DNA of 64,000 bases, taken from NCBI GenBank assembly GCA_951406725.2, contig OX597821.1:45136001-45200000 (forward strand). The letters are read 5' to 3'. A program made the position numbers and the translations under genes. Below are positions 1 to 13,368 of the stretch, in pieces. The DNA comes from Octopus vulgaris. Its lineage: Eukaryota. Within the stretch, counting starts at the first letter, position 1; every line of letters begins with the position of its first letter. Below the pieces are notes generated by a model. It saw only the letters and a program-made list of their open reading frames with translations, did no database searches and was not told the origin of the DNA.

Positions 1-1152
1 TCAAGTTCTTTGAAGTTGATGTTGCTAAAGACTGACGACATGGTTGAATAGATTCTACTGTTTGACCTCAGCCTAAAAATAAAAGCCCTCTAAAAATTCT
101 TTCAGTCATATCGGTTTTCTCATTAAGGTTGTTAGGTCTAAAGTTTGACAAAGGAACAAAATGATTTATTTTTATCTTTGATATTTAATGTTCATTGTTA
201 AATGCTTTGATACTTATTGCTCATTCGAAATACTAGTCCAATTAAAAAAAAAAAAGATTTTGAAAGGAAACATTTAACTATAAATGATTGCAGACCAACC
301 CCGAAATGACCTAATTTGCAATTTCAGACTAATTAAATAAAAAAGAAATGATATTAAAAGCATTACCTACCGTCATCCTGACACGGTTAACCACGAAGAT
401 CACTTCAGAGGTGCTTTTTTTTACTCACAAGTCTAACCCTAGCTGAGGCCAGCACACAGGCTAACATGCTTTTAACAGGGGTCTTTAATTTTACTAATCT
501 TAGCTGGTCCGAGGATTATATCCAGTCTGGAACCAAGCAACTGATGTGGAGGGATATGAACCCTTTCCTCGATACAACAAAAGACTTTCCCATACAACAA
601 ATTATTACCTGTCCAATTAGGGGAAAATAGCATACTTGACTTTGTTTTTATTCACAATGTTCATGTCATTCCCACAGCTATTTCCAACCAAAGCATTTTT
701 TCTTTTTAGTTGTAGTGCACCTGAGCACTGTATACAACAATTTCCTTCATCATTATATATGTGTGTTTGTTGACTTTCTGTGCAGTATTTTAGGTCTGTT
801 AGTCAATGTAATGTCACACACTCACTTCTGTTCCCACTCAGTGGTACCCTACGCAGTGTTCAATATTTGGTGCAAGACTGTCTCTCTTTTCTATCTATTT
901 CTCTATCCTTCTCCTCTCCCCTCTATCTACCTCTCTACCTATCTGCTGCTTTTCTCTCTTTACTACCTTCCATCTCTTCCTCTGTCCATCTCTGTCAACT
1001 ACTTACTGTCTATCTTTATTCCCTTATTTCTCCACACTCTCTCTTTCTTCCTACTTGCTCTTCCCTACTCTCTTTCTTCACTTTTTTGGTACCAAAAGAC
1101 AATCCAATTTTTTGTCACTCATCGTTTTTCTACTTGACCAGTGCATAGGTAA

Positions 1153-1344
1153 GACATCAGCGTTTAATGTCCATTTCCATGCTAGAATAGGTTGAATGGT
1201 TCGACTGGGGCCTGGGAAGCCAGGAGGCTGCACCAGGCTCCAGTCTAATCTGGCAGTGTTTCTACAGCTGGATGCCTTTCTTAACGCCAACCACTCTGAT
1301 ATTGTAGTGGGTGCTGTTTTTACGTGCCACTGGCACAGGGGCCA
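1153..1344 (-). mobile_element. SINE/RTE-related retroposon 3' portion
   Basis: Minus strand reads GGCACGTAAAA..GCACCCACTAC..GAGTGGTTGGCGTTAAGAAAGGCATCCAGCTGTAGAAAC..AGCATGGAAATGGACATTAAACGCTGATG, a motif set typical of RTE-associated invertebrate retroposons. Confidence 0.6.
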
Positions 1345-1659
1345 ATTTCCTGCTTAGTACTCATTTCAGACCCCCAATTTATCTTTTAACTTTTCATTCT
1401 TTTCTTTCCTTCTAACTTCCTTCCCTCTACCCCATCTCTCTATCCTTCTCCTGAGCCTCCTCATTGTACCTTTGGAACACAAGCACCACTATTTTCTTCC
1501 CTTTTTTGTTAGTTTTTGTCCCACATTTTGAAATACTTGCAATTTGTATTTTTACTGCTTATTTTAGCTCTGCTTGATACATTTCCAAAATTAAACATTT
1601 TAATATGCAAAATATACTTCACATTATTATATATACTATGCATTAATGCAAAAAATATT

Positions 1660-2150
1660 GTGTTTATTGGCTATCTTCAAAATGATCACACCATCAATGG
1701 GAAATTTCAATACCAACTTCCGAAGGCAGTTATGAAAGGCTATCAAGACCAAACACCCAGAAAAACTGATAAATGGGGTCTTGTTTCATTAGGACAATGC
1801 TTCAGCACATAAGTCCTTGGTTTCAATGGCTGCTGTATGTGACTGGCTTTGAAATGGTTGATCATGCTCCCTATGTTAGTGATTTGGTTCCTTCTGGTTA
1901 TCATCTGTTTCCCAACATAGAAAAACACTCAGCTGAGCACCAATTTCACTATGATGAGAACATCTTATCTGTTGTTGATGACTATTTTGATCAACAGAAA
2001 AGCTTCTTCACCAGTGCGACCCAAGCACTGCAACTACTAATGGAAGTGTGGACAGTAAGAGGAACTATGTTAGAAAATGAACTTCATTTGGTCACATTCC
2101 ATTGAGAGTGTCTTGCTCAGATTACGAATATTTCAGCCGACCCTCATAAT
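1660..2150 (+). mobile_element. mariner transposon 3' half, decayed
   Basis: Frameshifted VFIGYLQNDHTING / GVLFH*DNASAHKS / DHAPYVSDLVPSGYHLFPN (HPPYSPDLAPSDYHLF motif); ends in TIR-like TTTCAGCCGACCCTCATA. Confidence 0.85.
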
Positions 2151-2576
2151 AATAAAAATTATTATACCTGCATTTGTTTTAATGTTAACTTAGGAAAAAT
2201 CCACATTTTTCATTTAAAAAATTGGGACCTGGGTTTGCACCCCCTTAGCAAATTTTGTTGCTGGGTCACTGGCCTCATTAGTTTGTCTTAAAAACTCATT
2301 TAGATGCAATTATTGTTGCTCTAGTGTTGATAATATCAACTGTGACTAATTTCACTATATCGATGTTGAATAGATCCATAATAAGGTCAATGAACGTCAT
2401 AGCATCTTATTCTCTTCTATTATCTGTGTCGCTGTGCCTCGACGGAAAAACCTAATATATTAATTCAAATACAACATATTCAGCAGGATAAAGTTCAGGT
2501 TATCGGTAAATAAAAAGTAAACTTGGAGATCTCATATCGAGCCTACGTTGTATTATATATATATATATATATATAC

Positions 2577-2630
<54 letters not shown>

Positions 2631-2632
<2 letters not shown>

Positions 2633-2927
2633 AGGCGCAATGGCCCAGTGGTTAGGGCAGCGGACTCGCGGTCGTAGGATCGCGGTTTCGATTCCTAGAC
2701 CGGGCGTTGTGAGTGTTTATTGAGCGAAAACACCTAAAAGCTCCACGAGGCTCCGGTAGGAGGTGGTGATCCCTGCTGTACTCTTTCACCACTCTTTCTC
2801 TCACTCTTTCTTCTGTTGGCCTGCTCGCTTAGCCAGTGGGGTAGCGTCATTCGAAGGCTAAAACAATGCGAACGCATTGTGACCAGCGATGTGTAACAAC
2901 ATCTGATGGTCTGGTCGGTCACGTGAT

Positions 2928-2935
<8 letters not shown>
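2631..2935 (+). mobile_element. tRNA-derived SINE (head GGAGGCGCAATGGCCCAGTGG)
   Basis: Pol III A box TGGCCCAGTGG and B box GGTTTCGATTCC, ~300 bp body, CACGTGAT tandem tail; flanked by (TG)n and (TA)n. Confidence 0.85.
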
Positions 2936-2973
<38 letters not shown>

Positions 2974-3290
2974 CTGTGTGTGTTTGGTGGGGAGAAATAT
3001 CCACAAATCTCGCTTTTACACTAGTAAAAAGGGATAAGCATCCCTCTGTTGTACATCAACTAATGTTATATCGCCTGAAGAAATGAATCAATGATGATGA
3101 TTAACCGGATGCCCACGGATACTACGGACTACACCGTAATCATCCCAGGAATACGGACTGTGATCTCAAGAGTCATGTGATTTGTGGAAACGCGCGTAGC
3201 GATGCATAAAATGTTTGTAAATTCCACCCAAGGATTATTGTTATTATCATTCTTTTTATCGTACATAACCCCACAAAATTTAAAAAAACA

Positions 3291-3364
<74 letters not shown>

Positions 3365-4477
3365 TGTGTTTGTGCGTGTGTGTGTGTGTGTATGAATCAA
3401 AATGGGTGCAGGCTGGGATGTGCATGGATGTGTAATCGAAAAGTTTGTTTCACAAATGCTTGGCACTGGGTTCGATCCCGCTTAGCGATTCTGGAAGTAA
3501 ATGTCTTCTACTACAGCCTCGGGTCGAACAAAGCTTCGAGAATCAGGGCGATTTAATAGGACAAAACTGTGGAGTCATGTCTGTTTAGTACCGCTACAAG
3601 GCTATTGGGTACCTTATCGGAATCTATTGTACTGCAGATATTTCGGGTTAGGTTTCTAATCTCAAGATAACATCTTCCTTTCCCCTTACTAGTCTGTGAG
3701 ATCCCGAAAAGGAACGTGGATATAACACCTCGCCTCCAATAGAGAGAACAGATCAGGTGCCCTACAGTATGTAGTGTCATCTAACTAATATAAGGCATGC
3801 TGAAACATCAATAAAACAAAACCCCGCAATATACTGTAGATAATACTATAGATTATACCAGCTTCTTGATAAACTGGCCTGAGTGTAATCCGATGAGATC
3901 GATATCCTGTTTAAAGCAAGACAGTTATAGATCTTCAGTAGTGACGAATAAACAATTTTATTTTACCAATTGTGTGAAAAGCAATTTACACTACATGTAG
4001 CAAATTATCAAACGTGTTCGCTTTAATTTAATATTGTTTTCTAATTCGGTAAATCTTGTGTGAGAAATGTTGCTTTGGTTGTTGTTGTTATCATTGTCTG
4101 TGTTGATTTATTTCTCTTCTAACTGTAGTCTTAACGTTATTACGATAATTGATAATATCAACTTACTGATCGAACGATATCCTTAAATACAAAACTATCT
4201 TTTATGAACTAAATAGCGACAATGGTTTAGCTTTAATCATAAGATCTCTTCTTACCGACGACTAAGTGTATGTCCTGCCTACCTTAGTGCAAACACCACG
4301 TCATAAACACCTCCTCAAGATCAGTTAGTAAATAAAAATTAATATGCAGAAAACTTTGAGCAAAGATTAATTAATTAATTGGAAATTAATTTATTTAAGC
4401 GTGGATTTTACGATAAAACTGTCGTCGAATGTTCTCTCTTTATCATTATTGACTCGCTATCTGTCTCTTTCTGTGTC

Positions 4478-4655
4478 TGTCTTTTTTACAAGTACAGCAT
4501 ATTTGTATGGCGAGTAGATTTCTATTCTGACTTGGGTTTTTGTCATATATCTAAATCAGTTAATTTATCATTTATTGTTACTTATGACAAAACCCCCCCA
4601 ACTCAGAATAGAAATCTATTCACCATACAAATATGTTATACTTGTCAGAAAGACA
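4478..4655. repeat. imperfect inverted repeat (~70 bp arms, ~35 bp spacer)
   Basis: ACAAGTACAGCATATTTGTATGGCGAGTAGATTTCTATTCTGA..TTTTGTCATA (4478-4547) pairs with TATGACAAAA..TCAGAATAGAAATCTATTCACCATACAAATATGTTATACTTGT (4583-4655). Confidence 0.85.
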
Positions 4656-6699
4656 CCGAGAACCATGCTAATAGTTTAGGAGTGAAATTTAGGATTTCTC
4701 GGTTTTCTGTGAATCGATTTTGATAAAACTTTTCCCACCTGGTTTCCACACTATGGCAACACCACGGTTATGTTTTCATTATTCTGCGTAACGTCCTTTC
4801 TTCAGTTTTGGGCTGAACCATGCTAATAGCTTTTGAATGAAAATAGCTTATCTAGACATTTTTATTCAGAAAATGAAGGGTAATGATGCATATTAAGCAT
4901 ACACTGAGTATGCGCATGTATCTATCTGTGCATATAAAATAATTATAGCTCTATATTTCTAATGGGTGATTGCGTATCGTAGTGAACCATAAACAAGCCT
5001 GAAGAAGGAGACATATTACCAAAAGGAGAAAAAAGTTCAAGTTAAAATGCGAAAACAAAACTCACCTAATTTGGAGTTTAAGTAAATCTTCATTTTACAA
5101 TAATCTTGTTATAATGTAAATTTATATAAAATAGTTGTCTTTTTCAAGTTATAGTGAATATTCTAAAAAATACTACCATTAGTAGTCATTGTATATTAAT
5201 CGTAGTCACTTATCAATGGAAATGCTAGTCACCTAAATAGTTTGTTAGCTAATATAGAATCGATATAATAGAAAATTAGCAGCAGTTAACTTATCAGAGG
5301 TTACTTAATTTAGAAGTTTCCATATTGAACAGACGGTTTTTCAACGAAGTTCAGTTAAACTCAAATACTGCCCAAAGCAAACCTAAAATACCGTGTGGAT
5401 TATTCATGACGAGAAAAAATTTCCTAAATAAAATCTTTAAAATAAAATTATTAGTTACAAATGGTAATAAAACAACAGCCATATTAAATTTGAGCTGTGC
5501 TTTCTATTTATTTATCTACATATTTTTGTTTTATTTAATTATCTATGGATGTTTTTAGAAAATGAGATGTGCTGTGGTAAAAACCAATGAAAACAATGTA
5601 AATATTTGAATTAGAATTAGAAAGAAAAGAATTGAGAATCAAAATGGTGCCTAGATGAATGAATAAGATATGTCAGTGATGTAGCAGAAGGGGAACTAAG
5701 ACAATACACAGAGATTACGGTGTTGGTAGAAATAGAAAATTGATAAAAATAGAAAGAGAAAGAAGAAAACAAAAAGCAGGGAATTGTAAAAAAAAAAAAA
5801 AAAAAAAAAATGAAAAAGAATTTTTTGAATGAAACTCAGAAAAAGATCAAAGATTGAAAAGGATATTGAACTGAAGAAGAGACAGCGGTGGAGATGATGG
5901 TGGCAGTAGTGGTGGTGTGGTGTAATTAGGGAGAAATAAAGAACAAAAGAACAAAGAGTAAATATAAAGAACAGAAACAAAAACATTAAAAACAAGGGTA
6001 GAATAAAATTAGAGTGCAAAATCTGTGATTATATAAGAAGAAAAGAAGCAGCCTTAAATTCTGTTTCTCTCCCTTATCGACTAATATAAGGATGTTTTAA
6101 CATCGTTATCAGAAGGTTTTTTTTAAAATTGGATAAAATTTTGTTTAATATTACCTCTTTGATTACCAAAATTTCTATATAGTTTCCTTTATATTTCTTC
6201 GTTTTCTTTCTTTTTTTTTTCACAGATTTACTCACTTTTATCCAGTTATCCCAGTATTATTTATCTCCGATCAATATTTTGTTTGTTACGAAATAAATTT
6301 TCACTTCCCTCCACTTTCTTATTTGCCTCCAGAAATTGTTATTTGTGTTATATTATTTAAACTTCAGTTCTTTCTGTTCTGTTTCTTTACTTTATGCCAC
6401 ATACCGTTGTTTAATGCAGTTTCCTTTGTTTTCTTTCCTCTTCTCTGAGGTGAAATGCCATCTATTAATTTAATGAACTGTTAAACCTTCATGTTAAACA
6501 GATCACTCTCTTCCTGTAGGGTTTGTACAGATCCTTAAGTAGCAGGAAATCTAATATATTATTTCCTATTTACATAAATGTATTATTTAAATGTTCAGTA
6601 AAACTCTGCCGATATATTCCTACCAGGAACACTGTAACTGATTGGTTATTTATTGCGTGTTTATCACTTTAGTGTGGCTGATTATGTACAGATACTATT

Positions 6700-6865
6700 T
6701 CAGTACTAGATTGCAGTGTTATATCTACCCGTCCATATGGTTGTGAAACTTGGACTTTGTATCGTCGCCACACAAAAATACTCGAACGCTTTCATCAACT
6801 GAAATTTCGCTTACATGCCAAACTTGTTCGGTTACCTCTTAGCAAACGTTCACTGCAACTGGCAA
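6700..6865 (+). mobile_element. RTE/BovB-like LINE fragment
   Basis: Encodes PYGCETWTLYRRHTKILERFHQ, the LLYGCETW...LERFHQ block C-terminal to RTE reverse transcriptase. Confidence 0.7.
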
Positions 6866-6869
6866 CAGA

Positions 6870-8110
6870 ATGGGATTGTATTGACAACTTTACACCCACA
6901 ACTCTGCCGAATACATAGTTCAAAATTTTGGCTAAGGTGTAGCTACGAGGTTGGCGCTTGTCGTTGGGGATCTGGTAGGGGAGGCACAGTCATGTGCCAT
7001 TCCGAAAAGATCCACTCACGACAACCTCCACCTCATGCGATATATCATTGAGAAAGTGGCTAAAGAACCTGGCACGGATGGGGCCCTGATCAATTTAGCG
7101 ACATCTATACAGTGGTCAGAGTGAACAGTCACCTTTCAGAGCCGTTCAACATCATGCGCTCGGTCCGGCAAGCTTGTCTCCTCTTGTCTCTCTTATACGT
7201 GCTGACTCTCGATCCACTACTACACAAACTGGAGGCGTTGGAAAGGCATCTCGCGTTACCTAGAATGTAGGAGATGCGTGTCGGCATATGCTGGCGACGT
7301 CACCGTAGTATGTCGGATCATAAACACATGGAAACGATCGTCACCGCTCTCAGGGACTACGAGGCGGTTTCAGGAGCGACAGTTAACCAGGAAAAATCAG
7401 CGGGCTTGCGACTCGGCACCTGGAGAAGCAAGTTCATACCGTCCAACTGCGTCGTTGGGCACTAGACAGACAGACAGGTTAAAATGATCAGGGTCTTGTT
7501 AGTTCCAGACCTCCAGATGGGCAAAAACTGGGACAAGTTACGAAGCAGGGTGACTACAGTCACCCGGAAATGGGCCAAGAGAAAGCTATCTCTGAAAGGT
7601 CGGGTAGAGGTGGCTAACGAGTATATCGCGTCTGTGATCTACTATCGCTTGACTGTCGTGCCTTGTCCTGGCCACCGTCTGATTACGTTGGAGCGTATAT
7701 TCTTCCGCTTCTTGAGGAAGGGACGCGTCCCGATGGTCAGGCGGTCTATCTGCTGTCAGTATCCACTGCATGGTGGCCTGGGCATGCCGTGGTTAAGGAT
7801 GCGCAGATATGCGCTGAGGCTACGATATCTCCAGTGTTTCCTTGACGGTGAACAGGTGTGGTCACCGTTCGCCAGACACGTATTTCTACAGCTAGTTTCT
7901 TTAACGGAGCTGCAGTCCTGGGTAAAACAGAGACCAAGTGGGAGCATTTAGAAAGTGGAATGTCTTCAAGCGCTCATAACCCTCAGCTAATCGGACACTG
8001 CGATAAGTGGAACGTCCACTTTAAGCTTTTTACAGAGGATCAGTGGAGGAAAAGCGCGACGACGTTCTCGGGGCGACATAGGTCGTCGAAGAAGATCAGT
8101 TGGACATGAT
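6870..8110 (+). mobile_element. Tx1/L1-clade LINE ORF2 fragment (reverse transcriptase), decayed
   Basis: NFTPTTLPNT*FKILAKV, VGEAQSCAIPKRSTHDNLHLMRYII, SAYAGDVT (YADD), GATVNQEKS, WAKRKLSLKGRVEVAN, HGGLGMP; stops and frameshifts; GC-richer than flanks. Confidence 0.85.
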
Positions 8111-8510
8111 GATCTTATATCAACATACATAAACAGCGCGTGACCTTGCAGGTGGGGTGCAGTTAAAATTTTCTTGAAGTCGAGTAGCCCATCCCGCTCA
8201 AATGGCCCTTGAATAAGGGTTGTTTGAGGATGTGAACAAAACACCCATGTTTCCAAAGGTGAATTATTCTAACTCCAAAGAATTCCTCTCAACACATTGC
8301 TATAATGCCCCCACCCCACTAATTCTGCTTGTGATCAGAGATGCACATATCGTCAGCCACTAAGAGACATGCTCAACTGATTAAGGTCAAACAACTGACA
8401 AGCAAATCTGTGGCATTGAGCAGAATATTTGCTGTAGCCCATCGTTTATATCAAGACAATCAGTTAAGATCACAAGCCATGAGAACCACTGCATGGAACT
8501 ACATCAGAGC

Positions 8511-8511
<1 letters not shown>

Positions 8512-8572
<61 letters not shown>

Positions 8573-8699
8573 TATAATAATAATAATAATAATTATTATT
8601 ATTATTATTATTATTATCATTATTGTTGTTGTTGTTGTTGTTGTTATTGTTGTTATTGTTGTTGTTGTTATATTATTGTTATTGTTGTTATTATTATTT
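8512..8699. repeat. (AAT)n flipping to (ATT)n/(GTT)n microsatellite
   Basis: Read directly; orientation switch near 8593. Confidence 0.95.
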
Positions 8700-9023
8700 T
8701 ATTGTCTCTGCACAGCTTCTAACGCTGGAGATGTACTACAGTGTCAGCTGTTCACTAGCAGTGAACTAAGGTAACATCCCTTATTTTTCGAGCACCACCC
8801 GGAGTATTCGAGCGGTTCCAAGCAGTGCTGTTTTCTGCAAGTGCTCCACCTTTATTGCAGCCCCTATTTGTTCCATGTACTTTTTAAGATTCTACTCAAT
8901 GTTCCTAGGGCTCCGAAAATTATTGGTACTACTACTACCATTTTCAGCAACCACAACTGCTTAACCTCCTAAGCTAACCTGTTATATGTATCGAATTTTC
9001 TTTCTTTCTTTCTTCCTTCCTTC

Positions 9024-9102
<79 letters not shown>

Positions 9103-10700
9103 ATCACACACCTTGTCCGCTAAGCATGCCATATCTATGATCCAGCATCGTCTGTTTTCTTTCCCAATTAAGGCAATGTCTAGTTTCCTATTCTCTATCT
9201 CATAGTCGCACTGAATGATAAAATCCCATAGGATCCTTGCATTATCATTTTCGATGAAGCCTTGGGGTTTATGTTCGTACCAATTTTTTGTCAAGTCCAT
9301 ACATGTTACAAAGTGTCCAATGCACAGATGTCTCTTATATTCTTCCTGGGCTAGTGGCGTACATTGACTGCTAATATGCCATACGGTTTCACCATTTTGT
9401 CCACTTACCAATTATTCTGCACTTATCACTTTCTGATGTGTTGTCTATTCTGTATTTGATGTAACTTGTTCTTAATGCTTGTTCTTGAGTACCACAGATT
9501 AGATCCTCCATTTCCGGTTTTAAATCACTTTTAGTCATCCATAGCCATCTTTTATCTGTCTGTCTCATCTTCAAAATCCCTATGAAATTGTCCATGCATT
9601 CTTTTCTTTATCTACCTATTTTCAGTTTCATTCATTCTCAAGTTCTTGTACAGTACCTTATCTTTTCAATCTTCCATCCTACACAAACCTAACCTTCTTA
9701 CTTCCAATAATAATGTTTTTTTTTACATACCATGCTATGTTGTTTTCTTCTGCTCTAATGCTGTGTTCGCATCCAATCAGTCCTCTTGCTCCTCTTTTTC
9801 TTTGTACATATAGTCTGTCTGTGTCACTTTTTGGGTGGAGTATCCCATATATTGTCAGCAACTTCCTTGTCTTTCTATATAAACTGTTTAATTTGTCTAC
9901 TGTCCATGCGATTATCATGCTCTATATCTAAGGAGTGAAACCGCCCAGGTGTTGATAGCTTCAATCTTATTCCGTCCGTTTAATTTCGACTTAAGGATCA
10001 GTCTCAGTCTGCGCAAGTACTTCGCCTTAAATTATTCTTACATTTCTTTCTCCATCAATTTATCCTTTTCCAATATCGCCAAGTACTTATAGCCTGTCTC
10101 TTCTATCTGCTTCATAACATCCCCCAACGGTATCACTTGCCCGTCCATATATTTGATTTTGCCTCTCTTCAAGACTAACACACCACACTTTTTTAGTCCG
10201 AACTGCATTCTGATATCAGCACTGAAAGTATATACCGTATCAACGAGGGAACTGACTTGGGATTCATCCTTATCATAAAGTTTGAGGTCATCAATGAATA
10301 ACAAATGGTTGACTTTTTGTTGGTGACTTTTGAATACATACTCAGCCTTTGATTTCTTCGGAATCAGTGTTAGTGGTATCATGCACAGAACAAAGATCAG
10401 TGGGGATGGGCAGTCCCCTTGGAAGATGCCTCTCCTTATTTCTATTGTCCCTAAACTTCTACTATATGGTGTCAATTCCGTCCTCCACTTCACCATAGTT
10501 TTTTCAAGCAATCGTTCAACATTCGATGTAATACCAAATAGGTTCATACATTCCATAATCCAAGAATGTGGGATCATATCGTACGCCTTACGATAATCTA
10601 TCCATGATATGGCTAAGTTACTTTTCCTCTTCTTGTAGTCTCTAAGTACAGCTTTGTCTACTAGGAGTTGATCCTTGGTACCTCTGCACTTACGCTTGCA
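8700..10700 (-). mobile_element. 5'-truncated R4/Dong-clade LINE (RT, CCHC remnant, restriction-like endonuclease)
   Basis: [103 protein letters not shown] (stop at 8781); (TAA)n tracts on both sides. Confidence 0.93.
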
Positions 10701-10726
10701 AAATTAGAAAAACATCGAAAAAGTCA

Positions 10727-10727
<1 letters not shown>

Positions 10728-10798
<71 letters not shown>
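10728..10798. repeat. (TTA)n microsatellite
   Basis: Read directly; 5' flank of the R4/Dong copy. Confidence 0.95.
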
Positions 10799-10799
<1 letters not shown>

Positions 10800-11685
10800 G
10801 TCAAAATTAAAAGAAGAGTGCCATTGTTATCTAGTGAACGATATTTCGACATCTCGTGTGTCTTCAACTGGTTCAAAAAATGATTTTGTCAATCTACTTC
10901 ATTTTGGTTGATATATAAAGGATTGAGGTAACTCCTCCTGAAGATATAGAGTCAAAATTAAAAGAAGAAAATAAAATAATAATAAAAAAAAGATCTGTCT
11001 GTTTAGGGTTAATTTTTTGCGACAACACCGTCTCCGTGTTCTCTGCATATAAACATTGTTCGTGGCGTAGCTTCTTAAGGCTAGGAGAACTGTATTCGTC
11101 TGTATTTTTTGTTGATAGATTTATCTCCCAACATAGTTTTTTTTGTGGTGTTTTTTAAACTTATGAAAGGTTCACTCTGTGTTAGTTCGAAAAAAGGAAA
11201 ATATAATTAGAAGAAAAAAAAGAAAGTTTTGATTTTGTTTTTGCTTGGTTTGTGACACGTGCTTTCATGTGCGTGAGTGTGTGTCCTGTAAGTTTCACGT
11301 AGTTGTGTAAAACTTTGGGATGTATGTGTAGTCCTATGGGTATCAAAATGTATATATGCTTGTGTAGACATTCGAGTGTATGCGTAATTACTCAATTTAT
11401 GTTCTCACTATTTCGGTCCGTTTCTATTTTATAATTTGTAAACTTTCTGGTGTTGATATCGCGTGTGTGTTTCGCACATGTTTCATTGAGACAACGTACA
11501 TAGGAGAAACTGTACTTTATATGGCAGTAAAATTTCGTTTTTTCATAGTATTTTCGTTAAAAGGCCGCTTCCTTCAAGTCGTCCTCAAGTTCCTTTATCT
11601 AATTCCATCGATTTTATTGGATTAGATTTGTTTTTGAATGGAGAGCCCGGTTTAGTACATCCATGTTGTTATTCAGTGCGGGCTC

Positions 11686-11774
11686 TTCTTCTTCTTCTTC
11701 TTCTTCTTCTTCTTCTTCTTCTTCTTCTTCTTCTTCTTCTTCTTCTTCTTCTTCTTCTTCTTCTTCTTCTTCTT

Positions 11775-11834
<60 letters not shown>
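11686..11834. repeat. (CTT)n(ATT)n compound microsatellite
   Basis: Read directly. Confidence 0.95.
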
Positions 11835-11835
11835 G

Positions 11836-12290
11836 AGGCGGTGAGGTGGCAGAATCGTTAGTACACCGGGCGAAATGCTTAGCGGTATTTCGTCTGCGGC
11901 GTAATTGCAGCGTAATTGCAGCGTAATAAGCGGCGTAATTGTAGAAACGTTAGCGCGCTGGGCGAAATGCTTTCCAGTATTTCGTCTGCAGTTACGTTCT
12001 GAGTTCAAATTCCGCCGAGGTCGACTTTGCTTTTCATCCTTTCGGGGTCGATGAAATAAGTACCAGTTACGCACTGGGGTCGATGTAATCGACTTAATCC
12101 GTTTGTCTGTCCTTGTTTGTCCTCTCTGTGTTTAGCCTCTTGTGGGTAGTAAAGAAATAGGTATTTCGTCTGGCTCTACGTTCTGTGTTCAAATTCCCTT
12201 TAGGGGTCGATGAAATAAATACCAGTTACGCGCTGTAATCGACTAGCCTCCTTTCCCCCAACTTTTCAAGGCCTTGTGACTACAGTAGAA
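11836..12290 (+). mobile_element. composite/nested SINEs (head GGCGG.GAG.TGGCAGAATCGTTAG family)
   Basis: Two heads (11836 and ~11940), core GCTTTTCATCCTTTCGGGGTCGATGAAATAAGTACCAG, tail AAAGAAATAGG, then a second body starting GTATTTCGTCTG at 12161; homologous to 45855 and 62759. Confidence 0.88.
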
Positions 12291-12304
12291 ATAATAATTA
12301 TTAT

Positions 12305-12820
12305 TTTCTCTTTATCACAGGTTTCGTTGGAGCTCCTGGAGTCTTGCATGCGTAGCGAGCTTACAACCTGCAGCCTACAGTACCATGCTATTCGTTGTTT
12401 TGAGATATCTAATACTTTCCTGATTATTCTGGCCTTGTCAAGGAGGCAGACCTTTTGTAACAGTTCTACTGGGTACTCAATTCCATTTTCCTTTATATTC
12501 CTCTTGATGCCTTCTCATACTGTTCCCAAGGACCCAACAATAATTGGCACTATCTTCACATTCTTTATTTTCCATCGCCGACTTCTCGTACTTAAGAAGG
12601 TTGTATCTATCTATCTTTTCGCCTTCCTTCTTGACTATTCGTGGGTCAAGGAGCATGCTACATGAACTATATAGCATATGTGGTCCACCTTGTCCACCAC
12701 TAGGTCCAGCCTGTAATGTTCTAGCACCTGATCTGTTTGGATTGGAAAATCTCAAAGAATTTTTGCCAATCTCCGACTCTACCACTCTCTGCGGTTTGTG
12801 CTCATGCCACGTCTTGCCCC
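12305..12820 (-). mobile_element. R4/Dong LINE 3' fragment (endonuclease)
   Basis: TWHEHKPQRVVESE, DPRIVKKEGEKIDRY, VPIIVGSLGTV, VCLLDKARIIRKVLDI. Confidence 0.8.
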
Positions 12821-12969
12821 TCTCTCTAGCTACCAATTCTCGCACATTTTTCAATGTAGCACTTTCGCTACCTAGTCGTATCACCACAACTTGTAGTGGT
12901 TTTGGGCAAGTCTAGGGCATTCTATTATTAATATTGTTGTTGTTGTTATTTTTGTTATTATTGTTGTTG

Positions 12970-13043
<74 letters not shown>

Positions 13044-13049
13044 TTTTAT

Positions 13050-13368
13050 TTATTTTTTTTTTCTTCTATCAATTTTGTTTCCACTTCTTGCTGAGTGTTT
13101 TCCTGACACTTAGGGCAAAGAAACTCACTGTATACGTTGGTAGGCCGTTAAAATAAACACATCAGGTTGTTCATTTACAACGTCAAGTTATGTGATATAA
13201 AAAAATTAAAATAAACTGAAAAAAGAGAAAAAAGAAAGAAATAAAAAAAGAAAAGAAAAATAGAAAAAAGAAACGAAAAGAGCAATAAAGGGAAAAAACC
13301 ACAGCGACATTACTTTTCTCAATACGTGTCACGTACCAGTTAAAACAGTATTTTGCACCTCATGCAGA
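13050..13368 (-). mobile_element. R4/Dong LINE 3' end, same family as 35166-39032
   Basis: TAGGGCAAAGAAACTCA..GTATAC.TTGGTAGGCC.TTAAA matches 35225-35270; coding end LHEVQNTVLTGT*HVLRKVMSL; adjacent (ATT)n tail. Confidence 0.8.

Noticed and set aside
2631-2705. tRNA gene
   Set aside because: A and B boxes are present but there is no complete acceptor stem or terminator; it continues into a SINE body.
4995-5030. CTGAAGAAGG..CCAAAA hammerhead-like string
   Set aside because: No GAAA box and no stem I or III.
10840-11520. Possible PLE remnant (TTGAAGA..GTCGAAA on minus; TYIGET on plus)
   Set aside because: The signals are on conflicting strands and too degenerate to support a call.
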